A stretch of DNA of 64,000 nt. Origin: an uncultured virus (IMG/VR IMGVR_UViG_3300031851_003771) (lineage: Duplodnaviria; Heunggongvirae; Uroviricota; Caudoviricetes). Made by a program: the position numbers and the translations under genes. Numbering within the stretch: the first letter of the stretch is position 1; the number at the start of each line of letters is the position of its first letter. The stretch is from the IMG/VR virus record IMGVR_UViG_3300031851_003771. The stretch is one strand, 5' to 3'. The notes beneath the pieces are model-generated. The model had not been told where the DNA came from. It ran no database searches and saw only the letters and a list, made by a program, of their open reading frames with translations. This document shows positions 49,401 through 58,815 of this stretch, piece by piece.

Positions 49401-50394
49401 TTTGTATTCCTATTTTTTTATACACTTGTATTTTTGCTTTGTTGTTAATTGCACTATCAATCACTGACTTTAAAGTATATAAGCGACCATAATGTTTGAC
49501 TGCATCTGCACAGTCTTTTATATTATTCTCCCACTCAGGAAAACTTACCATCCAGTTATTTTCTAAAGCAACATCAATTAAGTTGCTTCCTGATTTATCT
49601 CTATCTGGACAAACTATTACTACTTTCTGAGTAGAATTAATTAAATCAATTTGACCTTGTGTTAGTTTATTACCTAAAGAACTAACAGCATTAATGGCTA
49701 TTGCATCTAAAACACCTTCAGTTATTATAACATACTTTCTATCTCGTTGTAAATGATCAAAGTTAAAAATATAACCTGGTTGCACATCACTATAATATTT
49801 TGGTACATCTTTTATATCTTCAATTAATCTTGATGTGTAACCAACCAATTTCTTATTAGCATAAAAAGGTATAATTGCCCTACGATTCATTTTCATATAT
49901 GGATCAGAGCTCCAATAAAAATTCTTATAAAAATCTAACTCTCTATCCATCAAATATTTGTAAACAAATAAAGCATCACTAGGTGGGTTTGGTTGTTTGA
50001 TTATATCTGCCAATACTTGTGAATTTTTTGGTAACATCTTTGTTTTAAAATCAATAACACTATCGTATTTCTTTGTAACTTCAATGTCTGCATCTTTTAG
50101 TTTCATTGCTTCGAACTGAAGCTCTTTTACTGCGTGGTCACTGACTCCAATTTCAAGTAGTAGAGTTTGCATCTTTCTTCCAAGCAATCTACCAGGTTGA
50201 AACGATGCTTTATATCCACAGTTAAAACAATGATAACTTGCTACATCACTAAACTTAAATCCGCCTCTGTGTCTTTTATCAGGTCTTGTATGCCCATTTT
50301 TAGTACACATTGGACAATTTATAGTATTCCATCCACTTGGAGTTTTCTTAACTCTCCCAGCTATAGTTGTCATAATTGTGTTTTGTAAATTCAT
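49390..50394 (-). CDS. DNA primase (T4 gp61-like)
   Basis: Zn finger CPMC...HCFNC, TEGVLDA, PDRD TOPRIM. Confidence 0.9.
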   Translation of the reverse strand: MNLQNTIMTTIAGRVKKTPSGWNTINCPMCTKNGHTRPDKRHRGGFKFSDVASYHCFNCGYKASFQPGRLLGRKMQTLLLEIGVSDHAVKELQFEAMKLKDADIEVTKKYDSVIDFKTKMLPKNSQVLADIIKQPNPPSDALFVYKYLMDRELDFYKNFYWSSDPYMKMNRRAIIPFYANKKLVGYTSRLIEDIKDVPKYYSDVQPGYIFNFDHLQRDRKYVIITEGVLDAIAINAVSSLGNKLTQGQIDLINSTQKVVIVCPDRDKSGSNLIDVALENNWMVSFPEWENNIKDCADAVKHYGRLYTLKSVIDSAINNKAKIQVYKKIGIQNAD

Positions 50395-50432
50395 ATTACT
50401 ATTGTATACGAATTTAACTAAAAAGTCAATGA

Positions 50433-51377
50433 TTATGCAAGATAACTCATTGCACCAATATCTTTGTAGTCTAATCTAAATCTCGACGTTTCGTTTTCAT
50501 CGGTGTATGCTTTATAAATTTCATCAACAACTGTATAAAAATTTACTCTATAGTTTAATGCATATCTCCAGAGTGAGTCATTTAGCTCAGAACAGGCTTT
50601 GTTTATTAGTTGGAAAGATTCAGATACCTCACGTGAATTATTAAATATTCCTTCACTAATAAGCATATTACCTAGTTGTGTTATAGATGGAGGTATTATA
50701 TGTATATCTTTTTTAATTAAATGGTTTGCCATTGATTCTGTGATAATACTGTTACCAAAAAATAAAACTACTTTTGGATTAATTTTTTCAATCTTTCTTA
50801 TTTCTTTCCAGTCTATAAAGTTACTGGTAATATACACATCAGGATTACCAAAAGTTGGTTGAATTACTTGCTTTAGCATTTCCTGGAAATGAGATAAGTT
50901 TGTACCATCAATTAAAAAAGTTTTTAGCTCTTTTGTTTTCACAGCAGTTAGTGTTGCCACAAACATACTAACATAGTCAGCTTCTTGTACTGGCAATGTG
51001 TCGTCCCAGAATTCTGAAATGTTTAATTGATGTAGATGTTCAAAGTTATAATTGTCTCTTAAACTACTAGAAGGATAATGAGACCATTTATTCTTAGATG
51101 ATATTTTACGTATAAATTCAAGTAAGTATTTTTCTGGTACTTTACCAGCTTCCCCAAAATCGTCTGCTATAAAAACTAAACCAGTTGGAAAATCTTTTCC
51201 AGATAAGATTTGTCTAGTCTTTTCTTCTTTGTAATGATCTTTGTAATCTTCTTCAAATTCTTTTTCAGTCTTGAATTTACTAAAGACAACTCTTCTTGCC
51301 ATTCGCTGGTCTTGGTTAGATACTATTATGCACCTTTTTTCTGTTATTAGTATTTGTTTATAATCTTCTTGATACAT
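50433..51377 (-). CDS. Hypothetical protein
   Basis: 314-aa ORF; weak resemblance to Glu/Leu/Phe/Val dehydrogenase fold. Confidence 0.6.
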   Translation of the reverse strand: MYQEDYKQILITEKRCIIVSNQDQRMARRVVFSKFKTEKEFEEDYKDHYKEEKTRQILSGKDFPTGLVFIADDFGEAGKVPEKYLLEFIRKISSKNKWSHYPSSSLRDNYNFEHLHQLNISEFWDDTLPVQEADYVSMFVATLTAVKTKELKTFLIDGTNLSHFQEMLKQVIQPTFGNPDVYITSNFIDWKEIRKIEKINPKVVLFFGNSIITESMANHLIKKDIHIIPPSITQLGNMLISEGIFNNSREVSESFQLINKACSELNDSLWRYALNYRVNFYTVVDEIYKAYTDENETSRFRLDYKDIGAMSYLA

Positions 51378-51387
51378 TTTAATATTA

Positions 51388-52191
51388 TTAATTTCTTAAT
51401 AACATCTTATCAAACGTTCCTGTATTTCCAGAATCTAATGTGTATCTTACTCTTATCCATTTAACATTAGATATAAAAAAATATGGAGTAGGACCTGTTA
51501 CACCAGAATATGGAATATCAGTAACTGACTGTCCATTCATCATTATTGGGAACCAATCACTGTCGTTGACACTTGCAGTGTTATCTAAGTTTCCTTCAAT
51601 CTGCACATTGCCGGTAAAGTTCGTTGTATAAACTGACACTGTATGATTTGATGCTGTTAAGTTCTGTGTACTAGCACCTGATAGGTTGTTACTAAAATAA
51701 TGTGTTGTAGAACCAATTACTCTTGCTGTGAAAGTATCTGCTGTTTGAGTTGCCCTTGTTCTCGGTAAACCTGAATTTTTAATTTCTACAACTCCTTGTA
51801 TATCTCCTGCCCTGTCTGTAAACACGGCACTTGAAGTTTGGGTTGAATCAACTGTATAAACTGTAAAATTATAAAACCCTTCTCCTAGTTTGTAAAGCTC
51901 GTTTTGATTTATCTGTACATATGCTTCACCACGTGTTGCATTTGTCACTGTCATTGTTTTACTAATCACAGTTTCAGAGCTTTCGATATCTGTTATGTTG
52001 AAATGTATAGTGAGACCAGTCAAGTTTTTAGGAATGTTATTATCTGTAACAACCTTAAAATTTGTCTTGTTATCTACACCGTTATGTAGTATTATGTTTT
52101 TATCATACAAAGGCATACTGTTATTTAACTTCTCAGAGGTTGACAACGTATAAGTATTATTATAAACATATAAGATATAGGAATTTGACAT
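51388..52191 (-). CDS. Putative virion structural protein
   Basis: ATAAATA promoter; beta-rich Thr/Asn/Ser composition. Confidence 0.65.
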   Translation of the reverse strand: MSNSYILYVYNNTYTLSTSEKLNNSMPLYDKNIILHNGVDNKTNFKVVTDNNIPKNLTGLTIHFNITDIESSETVISKTMTVTNATRGEAYVQINQNELYKLGEGFYNFTVYTVDSTQTSSAVFTDRAGDIQGVVEIKNSGLPRTRATQTADTFTARVIGSTTHYFSNNLSGASTQNLTASNHTVSVYTTNFTGNVQIEGNLDNTASVNDSDWFPIMMNGQSVTDIPYSGVTGPTPYFFISNVKWIRVRYTLDSGNTGTFDKMLLRN

Positions 52192-52201
52192 ACTAATATT
52201 T

Positions 52202-52576
52202 ATGGATTACGCAGAATTACAAGAGAAGTTTCCGTTTTTAAGTTGCGTTAGGTACGCAAATAACGAATATGTGGGTATATTACAGAATCAAGATCAGTTT
52301 GTAACCACAATTTATGTATACGATAACTTAAAAACAACAGAACTAAAACAAGAATTCCTCGATTTTGGGGAAATTTGGTGGTGGGAAAGCAATAGAACCA
52401 TACCAATTAACATATTTTTAAGCAAAGAATTTTCTAAATTTAGAGATTCATTAAAATCATTTACTACTAAAGACGTAGAAATAGTGTTTGGACCAACTAC
52501 AAGTCTAAATAATGTAATGAAAAAAAGAATTATTAGAAGAAATATTAGTTTAATTAAAAAGACTACATCAACGTAG
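52202..52576 (+). CDS. Conserved hypothetical protein (only plus-strand gene)
   Basis: Fills the gap between two minus-strand genes; WWWESNRTIPINIFL. Confidence 0.75.
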   Translation: MDYAELQEKFPFLSCVRYANNEYVGILQNQDQFVTTIYVYDNLKTTELKQEFLDFGEIWWWESNRTIPINIFLSKEFSKFRDSLKSFTTKDVEIVFGPTTSLNNVMKKRIIRRNISLIKKTTST

Positions 52577-53159
52577 AGCTATTAGCTTGTTCAACTAACA
52601 AATTTAATTGTAATACTATTGCCAACGCATAACCAATTGCGTGACTTTTCTTAAAGAAGTATGTTCCATCTGTGGGTTTTTTCCAAACATTTTGATTAAT
52701 TTCATCCCAATTTTGTTTGGCCAAGTGTCTTTTGGCTGGTCGTATAATTGCCAATACTGCCGCAAGTTGTTCAACTGACTTTGGCTTTAATGTATTAACT
52801 ATATCAAAATGATTATGTATATGAAATAACGTATCAACAATCTGACGTTCTTCTAGCAACGACCAATCTGGTTCTTTTGACACCAATGTAACTAGATGTT
52901 TTTCATCTTTGACATTCTCGTATACTCCAACATTCAATACATCTAACTTAAAGTATCCTCTGTCTTCAGCTTCTCGATAATCAATACTAGATACGTTACT
53001 CAATGGTTCGACTGGTATATCTGTTACGTATACTCCAGTGTTGTGTTTTTTGATCTCGTTATCCTTAACAATGCCAGCTGGAATATGCTTAATTAACTTT
53101 AATAAATCATTTCTATCTTTTGTGTCTATGTCTATATCAGTTTTTGCAATGTTATTCAT
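52563..53159 (-). CDS. Miniature DNA polymerase III alpha (DnaE)-like protein
   Basis: DIDID, HNTGVY, FKLDVLNV, LAIIRP, YFFKKSHAIGYA; likely start MNNIAK. Confidence 0.75.
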   Translation of the reverse strand: MNNIAKTDIDIDTKDRNDLLKLIKHIPAGIVKDNEIKKHNTGVYVTDIPVEPLSNVSSIDYREAEDRGYFKLDVLNVGVYENVKDEKHLVTLVSKEPDWSLLEERQIVDTLFHIHNHFDIVNTLKPKSVEQLAAVLAIIRPAKRHLAKQNWDEINQNVWKKPTDGTYFFKKSHAIGYALAIVLQLNLLVEQANSSTLM

Positions 53160-53463
53160 CGTAAAGTGTATTCCATTCTTTGTCACTTATTTTTTTTGTT
53201 CGTTTAGTGTATTCGGCAATGTGTTCTTCCATTCTATTTTTTAGAGAACCTTGATATATTTCTAGTTGTCTAACTCTTGCATCTAAATTACTAAACTGAT
53301 CCATCATACCAGATATTGTATCAATATTTTGTTTGAACGCTTCTGTCTCGGCCAATTGGATCATCACTTCAAGTTCGGCTAATTGTTTTTTCATTTCAGT
53401 ATTATCACTATTTTTTATAGTAATACTAGTTGCTATAGCTCTTATGTCAGTTTTATCCATCAT
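53152..53463 (-). CDS. Coiled-coil hypothetical protein
   Basis: ORF in operon. Confidence 0.6.
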   Translation of the reverse strand: MMDKTDIRAIATSITIKNSDNTEMKKQLAELEVMIQLAETEAFKQNIDTISGMMDQFSNLDARVRQLEIYQGSLKNRMEEHIAEYTKRTKKISDKEWNTLYDE

Positions 53464-54141
53464 TTATATACCGGCCGCTTTTGTTATTTGCAACACAAAT
53501 TTTACATCATCAGGACTGTCTTGGAATCTTTTACTCCAGGAATTTGGAGATACATACTCTTCAATCATAATCATTTGTTCTTGTGTCAATGATTCCATTA
53601 GTTTGATACCTCCTTTGCTATTGTACAGTAACCAAGGTGATAACTTACCTGATCTGATCATATGTACTGCTCTTGGTGTGCTAACTTCCGTAAAGAAATT
53701 TAACCAATCTTTACTATTATCTTCGGCCCATTGTTTGATTGTTAAAATAGTTCTTTCTATCGCTCTATCTACACTTTCTCTGACATTGAATTCTTTTATG
53801 TATAATTCATAGACTTCATCAGATGCCCATTTATCAATTCTAACTCTTTGTTTTAATAACCATTCAATATATGTTTCAATATCAGAAACATAAACACCTA
53901 AGATATAATTTGCAAATTTTACAAAAGCTAGATAATATTTACTAGTCATAAACTCATCATAAGTTTTTTCATTTTTCATATTTGTCGCTGTGATTCTCCA
54001 AAAATGCTGAAAACATCTAAATGCCAATTGTACATTTTTTTCATTTCTGTTATTCCATCTTCTCTTTGGTTCACATAAATGTGTTATTAGTGTTTTTTCA
54101 CTACCAAACGACTTTTTACAAAATTTACATTCATAACTCAT
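53464..54141 (-). CDS. Zn-finger-containing hypothetical protein
   Basis: CKFC...HLC N-terminus. Confidence 0.7.
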   Translation of the reverse strand: MSYECKFCKKSFGSEKTLITHLCEPKRRWNNRNEKNVQLAFRCFQHFWRITATNMKNEKTYDEFMTSKYYLAFVKFANYILGVYVSDIETYIEWLLKQRVRIDKWASDEVYELYIKEFNVRESVDRAIERTILTIKQWAEDNSKDWLNFFTEVSTPRAVHMIRSGKLSPWLLYNSKGGIKLMESLTQEQMIMIEEYVSPNSWSKRFQDSPDDVKFVLQITKAAGI

Positions 54142-54142
54142 T

Positions 54143-54529
54143 TTATAACCTTTGTATATACTTCCTTAATTCTTTGTCTTGTACATCGTTGGGTATTTCA
54201 TTCTTGTAAAATATTTTGTAACTATCACTTCCATACTTTCCTATGCCGTGCAAATCACTTGCTTCATCACCATTCCAGTCAAGAAACTCTTTGCTCATTC
54301 TTCTTAATCTTTTTGCTCTTACAGACCACATACCTAAAGGCTTTAACATTTCTTGTTGTTTTTTTAATCTACCACGTAGGTATGATTGCGGATCAGGATA
54401 TCGTTTAAACAATTTTGGTAATACTTCTTTTACTTGTTTTCTATATGTAAGATTTAAACACATCACACCTACCATATGTTGCCATTTGCTTTTAACTTGT
54501 TGCTGTACCATTAGGTGTTCTTTCATCAT
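54143..54529 (-). CDS. HhH-GPD DNA glycosylase, MBD4-like
   Basis: LKPLGM, LHGIGKYGSDSYKIF, DKEL. Confidence 0.75.
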   Translation of the reverse strand: MMKEHLMVQQQVKSKWQHMVGVMCLNLTYRKQVKEVLPKLFKRYPDPQSYLRGRLKKQQEMLKPLGMWSVRAKRLRRMSKEFLDWNGDEASDLHGIGKYGSDSYKIFYKNEIPNDVQDKELRKYIQRL

Positions 54530-55002
54530 TTAATTAAAACTTTAATCTCTTTGTCATCTAATCCTGCTGACTTGGCTAATTGCTTTATTTCTTTTTTATC
54601 TAATACCGACAACAACGTATCGATCTCATCATTTTTGTAATTTGGATAACAGCTCTGTACAAAGTCAAATAACTTTGTCTTCTTTCCTTTTCCTTTTGGT
54701 GCTTTAATCCAAGGATGAAATTGTTTTTGTCCTACTCCACATAAACAAAGCAATTTCCAAAATAATAGACTGTCGCCTTCGTGTTTTTGTACTGTACTGA
54801 AGTGTTTATTGCAAAATTCATTTACATTTTCAATATATGATTCTTTTAACATTTTAGTAGACTTAACACTTGATGCAAATCTCATTGCAAGATATGGAGA
54901 AAATCCTTTTTTATCTTCACTATCTAATTTCTCATACCAATCCTTGGTACCCATATCTAAATTATATAACATTTGGTTTAGATTTATAGTGGGTTTTGCC
55001 AT
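54526..55002 (-). CDS. Hypothetical protein, possible clamp-loader small subunit (gp62-like)
   Basis: FSPYLAMRFAS, QFHPWIK; replication context. Confidence 0.5.
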   Translation of the reverse strand: MAKPTINLNQMLYNLDMGTKDWYEKLDSEDKKGFSPYLAMRFASSVKSTKMLKESYIENVNEFCNKHFSTVQKHEGDSLLFWKLLCLCGVGQKQFHPWIKAPKGKGKKTKLFDFVQSCYPNYKNDEIDTLLSVLDKKEIKQLAKSAGLDDKEIKVLIK

Positions 55003-55502
55003 TATAAAAAATCTCCTGTATCGATAATGTCTGGTATTTGATTTATTTCTTTTGCAAAAAATACACTAGGTGAATTTGGAGCATCTAGCAATGGTGCTGT
55101 AATAATATGTCCGTGTTTTAGTTTTGGAAAATACCATTTTACTTCTTGGAAAACATTTACAATTTTAATTTCATACGATTCAGTCATTCTTGCTGTTAAT
55201 GGATTGATAACTAATGCTTCAAATCCTCTATCATTGATGCTAGTTAATGGAATCATTTCACACTGCCCTAGTTCTTTTTCAATTACCATTATACTCCAAT
55301 CAATAGGCATCTGAACTGTATACGGACCTATTTCCATTACCATACTTGGAGCATTAAACGTCTCCATAAAGATCAACGGAATAAAGAAAAAATCAATATT
55401 CTGTCTGTTATTTGTGTCTAATACACAGTATTGTATATCATCAACTAGTTCTGGTACTTTGTCTAAATTATAAGACGTGTTGTTTGGTGTTAAAATTTTC
55501 AT
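55002..55502 (-). CDS. Conserved hypothetical protein
   Basis: ORF coupled to the UvsW gene. Confidence 0.7.
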   Translation of the reverse strand: MKILTPNNTSYNLDKVPELVDDIQYCVLDTNNRQNIDFFFIPLIFMETFNAPSMVMEIGPYTVQMPIDWSIMVIEKELGQCEMIPLTSINDRGFEALVINPLTARMTESYEIKIVNVFQEVKWYFPKLKHGHIITAPLLDAPNSPSVFFAKEINQIPDIIDTGDFL

Positions 55503-56950
55503 ATAGTTACCTTGTTTATAGTATAAGGATAGTTTGCTTCCTTATAAAACTTTTTCCTTGTAGTTAAATGACGTTTAGAAAACTTGCAATTAGAAGTTAT
55601 ATCCCATATCTGAACGTGATCTTTATCTTTGGCTTTCCTAATACCTCTACCAATACTCTGTATTACCCTTACAAAGCTCTTTCCGGGCTCTACAAGTACT
55701 AAATTAAATATTCTTGGTAAGTTGATACCAACTGCCGCAACTCCATATGTAGCTATTAATACCTTGTATTGTTCTGTAGCAACTTCATTATATTCTTCTT
55801 GTCTTTCTTCCATTTTAGTTTTACCTTGTATGAAAACACTATCAGGAATTAATTCTTTTAAAGCTTCTCCTGTTTTAATTCTGTCAATCAATATAAGAGT
55901 ATTTCCTCCGGATCGTATTTCTTCAACTAGATTACTAATAAATTGCATTCTGTTTTGATTTGATGTTAGATACGTTAGCTCTTCTTGATAATTTCTAAAA
56001 CTTTGTAAGTCTTGTGTTTGTATCACATTAACGTGACATTGTGCCAACACACCTCTCTCTTGTAATTCACTAGCACTCAATGAACTAATCACTTGTCCTA
56101 ATCCTGCTACTAAACTTGCTTTTTCAAATTCTTCTTTAGGTATTGTACCTGTTAATCCCCAACGCATAGGTACGCCTGCAAATGGTCCTGTTAATAATTG
56201 TTTTAGGACATCTGCTTTTGCCATATGTACTTCATCTACCATTACACATACTACATCATCTAAGAATTCATCTATTGGAAAGTCAGTGTCATCTTTCTTA
56301 GTTTTCTTATGTAAAACATTTAAACTTTGCCAAGTGCAAATTGTATGTTTACGATTTAATTCTTTTCTTTCTCCATAGTAAACACCCACATCAAGTCCTA
56401 AATTGATATAATCTTCTTCCGTTTGTGTTACTAAAGATTTGTTAGGAACAATTACTATTGTTCTACCATATGACTGACACAGTCTACTTAATGTTGCAGT
56501 AATAATTGTTTTACCAGCACCAGTGGCAATCTCTTGTAAGCATTGTGGATTAGAAATAAAGTCGTTAATAACTTTAACTTGATAATCACGCAATATAATT
56601 GGTTCTCCTTGCTGAGGATGTCCCTTAGGCCAATTAATATGACTTAGATGTTGATCGTCAACTTTATCAAAATTAAAACTATATTCTTTTCTGTCATCTT
56701 TGATTTCTATATCATATCCTTGCTGTTCTATTATGGGAAGAATCTTATCAATTAAATTAAGATAAGTTCTTCCACCTATGTCACAGAAACGCACAAAGCC
56801 ATCCCATCTTCCTAGCTTGTAAGCTGGTAAATGATAAGCATAAGGAATAAAGTACTTTAGTTTATCTGAGACTTTACGTCTAGTGGAGACGTCTAGTCCT
56901 TCAATTCTAACATTGACTTCATCTTTGATATGTAATATTGCTTTTTGCAT
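55499..56950 (-). CDS. uvsW: SF2 helicase UvsW
   Basis: LRDYQ, ATGAGKT, VDEVH, GLTGT, QSIGRGIR. Confidence 0.92.
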   Translation of the reverse strand: MQKAILHIKDEVNVRIEGLDVSTRRKVSDKLKYFIPYAYHLPAYKLGRWDGFVRFCDIGGRTYLNLIDKILPIIEQQGYDIEIKDDRKEYSFNFDKVDDQHLSHINWPKGHPQQGEPIILRDYQVKVINDFISNPQCLQEIATGAGKTIITATLSRLCQSYGRTIVIVPNKSLVTQTEEDYINLGLDVGVYYGERKELNRKHTICTWQSLNVLHKKTKKDDTDFPIDEFLDDVVCVMVDEVHMAKADVLKQLLTGPFAGVPMRWGLTGTIPKEEFEKASLVAGLGQVISSLSASELQERGVLAQCHVNVIQTQDLQSFRNYQEELTYLTSNQNRMQFISNLVEEIRSGGNTLILIDRIKTGEALKELIPDSVFIQGKTKMEERQEEYNEVATEQYKVLIATYGVAAVGINLPRIFNLVLVEPGKSFVRVIQSIGRGIRKAKDKDHVQIWDITSNCKFSKRHLTTRKKFYKEANYPYTINKVTI

Positions 56951-56971
56951 ATTGTTATACTAACACAGTTT

Positions 56972-57445
56972 TTATTTTTTTGCAAATAATTCAGCATCAT
57001 CTAACCCTGCTACACGCAATTTAACAATATTATTGATTTGAAATTGTTTAGCATCTATGGCTTTTAACAAACCTAAGAACTTATTACGCAATAAAGCGAA
57101 TTCATTAATAATATTACTCATATTAACAACTTCATCTTCACCATCGATGTATTTTTCAACATCTCTACTGGTTAATGCTCTTTGGTAACTTTCTAAATAT
57201 TTCCTATAGTTCTTACTACGTATCTTTCTTAATTGAATATTAAGAAATTCTAATATTGCTTCTATTTCTTGTAACTGATTAAATCGATGCTCAACTATTC
57301 CTGGAACTCTGGTAGCATTCTTTTCAATGTTACCAGCAAGACCACATTCAACTCTAGCTTCATCAAGCTCTTTCTCGTAAAAGTTAATGCAATCTACTAT
57401 CTTTGATAGATCGCTTGAAACTTGACCATACCAACCTTGAGGCAT
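56972..57445 (-). CDS. uvsY: Recombination mediator UvsY
   Basis: RFNQLQEIEAILE, YLESYQRALTSRDVEKY, KLRVAG; position between UvsX and UvsW. Confidence 0.82.
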   Translation of the reverse strand: MPQGWYGQVSSDLSKIVDCINFYEKELDEARVECGLAGNIEKNATRVPGIVEHRFNQLQEIEAILEFLNIQLRKIRSKNYRKYLESYQRALTSRDVEKYIDGEDEVVNMSNIINEFALLRNKFLGLLKAIDAKQFQINNIVKLRVAGLDDAELFAKK

Positions 57446-57699
57446 TAGTAGTCCTCGTTTTCGGTATAGTCGCCATAAGATTCTTCATCATCACCATCGT
57501 CACCATAATAATCATTGATTGCGGCTTCTAGGTATTGATCTCCATCTTTAAGTTCTTCAAGCGATGCTTGGTCTAAATGTAATTCATCAATTAGGATAGC
57601 ATAAGCTCTTGCGGCTTCGACCCTATCTTTTTGAGGAATGTACTCAACTAATTTCTGCCAAGCTTCAAGCAACATCATTGCCTCCTGTAGATTCTTCAT
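57445..57699 (-). CDS. Hypothetical acidic protein
   Basis: ORF in operon. Confidence 0.65.
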   Translation of the reverse strand: MKNLQEAMMLLEAWQKLVEYIPQKDRVEAARAYAILIDELHLDQASLEELKDGDQYLEAAINDYYGDDGDDEESYGDYTENEDY

Positions 57700-58756
57700 C
57701 AGCTACGTCTCCTTTGGTTTTATTTACCAAGGGTGAATCTTGAAATTCAGCCATAACTAGTTCTAAATTGTCTCCAGTCCATTGTTTACGATAGTGTAAA
57801 TGTTCTTTACCCATCCTATCAACGTATTTCAATCTGTTACCTTGTTTGACTAACAAGCCTTTTTTCTCAAACAAGTCAACTAATCCACTATATGGATCCA
57901 TTCCTTTTTCATATGGAACCTTGACTTGTACACTTTCAAAAGGTTTGTTAAATCTAGTTTTCATAACTTTGATTGCTGATCTAATTCCCATTACATCACT
58001 AATCTTGTTACCATCTTCATCTTCTTTTAGTTTAAGTTTTCTCATTGCAACAACAACTGAACTTGCATAAACAAATCCTTGTCCACCACTAATTTTATCA
58101 TCTGGGTCAAACATATCTTGCGATGCGTATGTGTGGTTAGTAACTACTAATCCTATGCCGTGAGCACCAATCAAGTTTACAGTATTTCTAATAAGTGCAG
58201 TAAGAGATTTAGCTTTTCTACCTAAATCACCTTTCATATCACCTTTTTCAAACTGGTCTCTATCTGTTGGTGTTAACAACATACCTAAACTATCAACTAT
58301 GAATAAAACTTTTGGCTTTTCAGCTTCTGGTTTGTCTTCATAATCTTTTCTATAATTTGTAATAAAATCACTAATAATTTTAGCAACTTCATCTACCATT
58401 GCAACTTGAATTCTTAACATCTTTTCTGGTGATGTATCTACTCCAAGTGCTTGTAGCCAATCTTCGTGCAGTGCATTTTCACTATCTACTGCTACACAAA
58501 AAATTCCTTGCTTTTGTGCATTTCTAATTAGATTACCTGATGCAATCAAACTCTTACCCGAACCTGATTCTCCAGCGAACATTGTTACTCTACCTAGTGG
58601 TATTCCTTTATTAAAATCACCACTAATTAAATAATTTAAAGTGTAATTACCAGTATCAACCCACGTATCTGGATCTGATTCAAAGCCTACACTAATGCCT
58701 TGTATATTTTTTGTTAGACTGGTTCTAAACTTACTGACGTCAAATGGTCTTACCAT
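57665..58756 (-). CDS. uvsX: RecA-like recombinase UvsX
   Basis: GESGSGKS, VDSENA, VDSLGML, NHTY, ISGG; start MVRPFD after SD AGGAG. Confidence 0.92.
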   Translation of the reverse strand: MVRPFDVSKFRTSLTKNIQGISVGFESDPDTWVDTGNYTLNYLISGDFNKGIPLGRVTMFAGESGSGKSLIASGNLIRNAQKQGIFCVAVDSENALHEDWLQALGVDTSPEKMLRIQVAMVDEVAKIISDFITNYRKDYEDKPEAEKPKVLFIVDSLGMLLTPTDRDQFEKGDMKGDLGRKAKSLTALIRNTVNLIGAHGIGLVVTNHTYASQDMFDPDDKISGGQGFVYASSVVVAMRKLKLKEDEDGNKISDVMGIRSAIKVMKTRFNKPFESVQVKVPYEKGMDPYSGLVDLFEKKGLLVKQGNRLKYVDRMGKEHLHYRKQWTGDNLELVMAEFQDSPLVNKTKGDVADEESTGGNDVA

Positions 58757-58773
58757 AACTTCTCCTAATGTTA

Positions 58774-58802
58774 ATAGGTGTGAACAAAATGCCCACACCT
58801 AT
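58774..58802 (-). terminator. Hairpin after ssb gene
   Basis: ATAGGTGTG...CACACCTAT inverted repeat. Confidence 0.65.
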
Positions 58803-58815
58803 AATTTAACTATTA

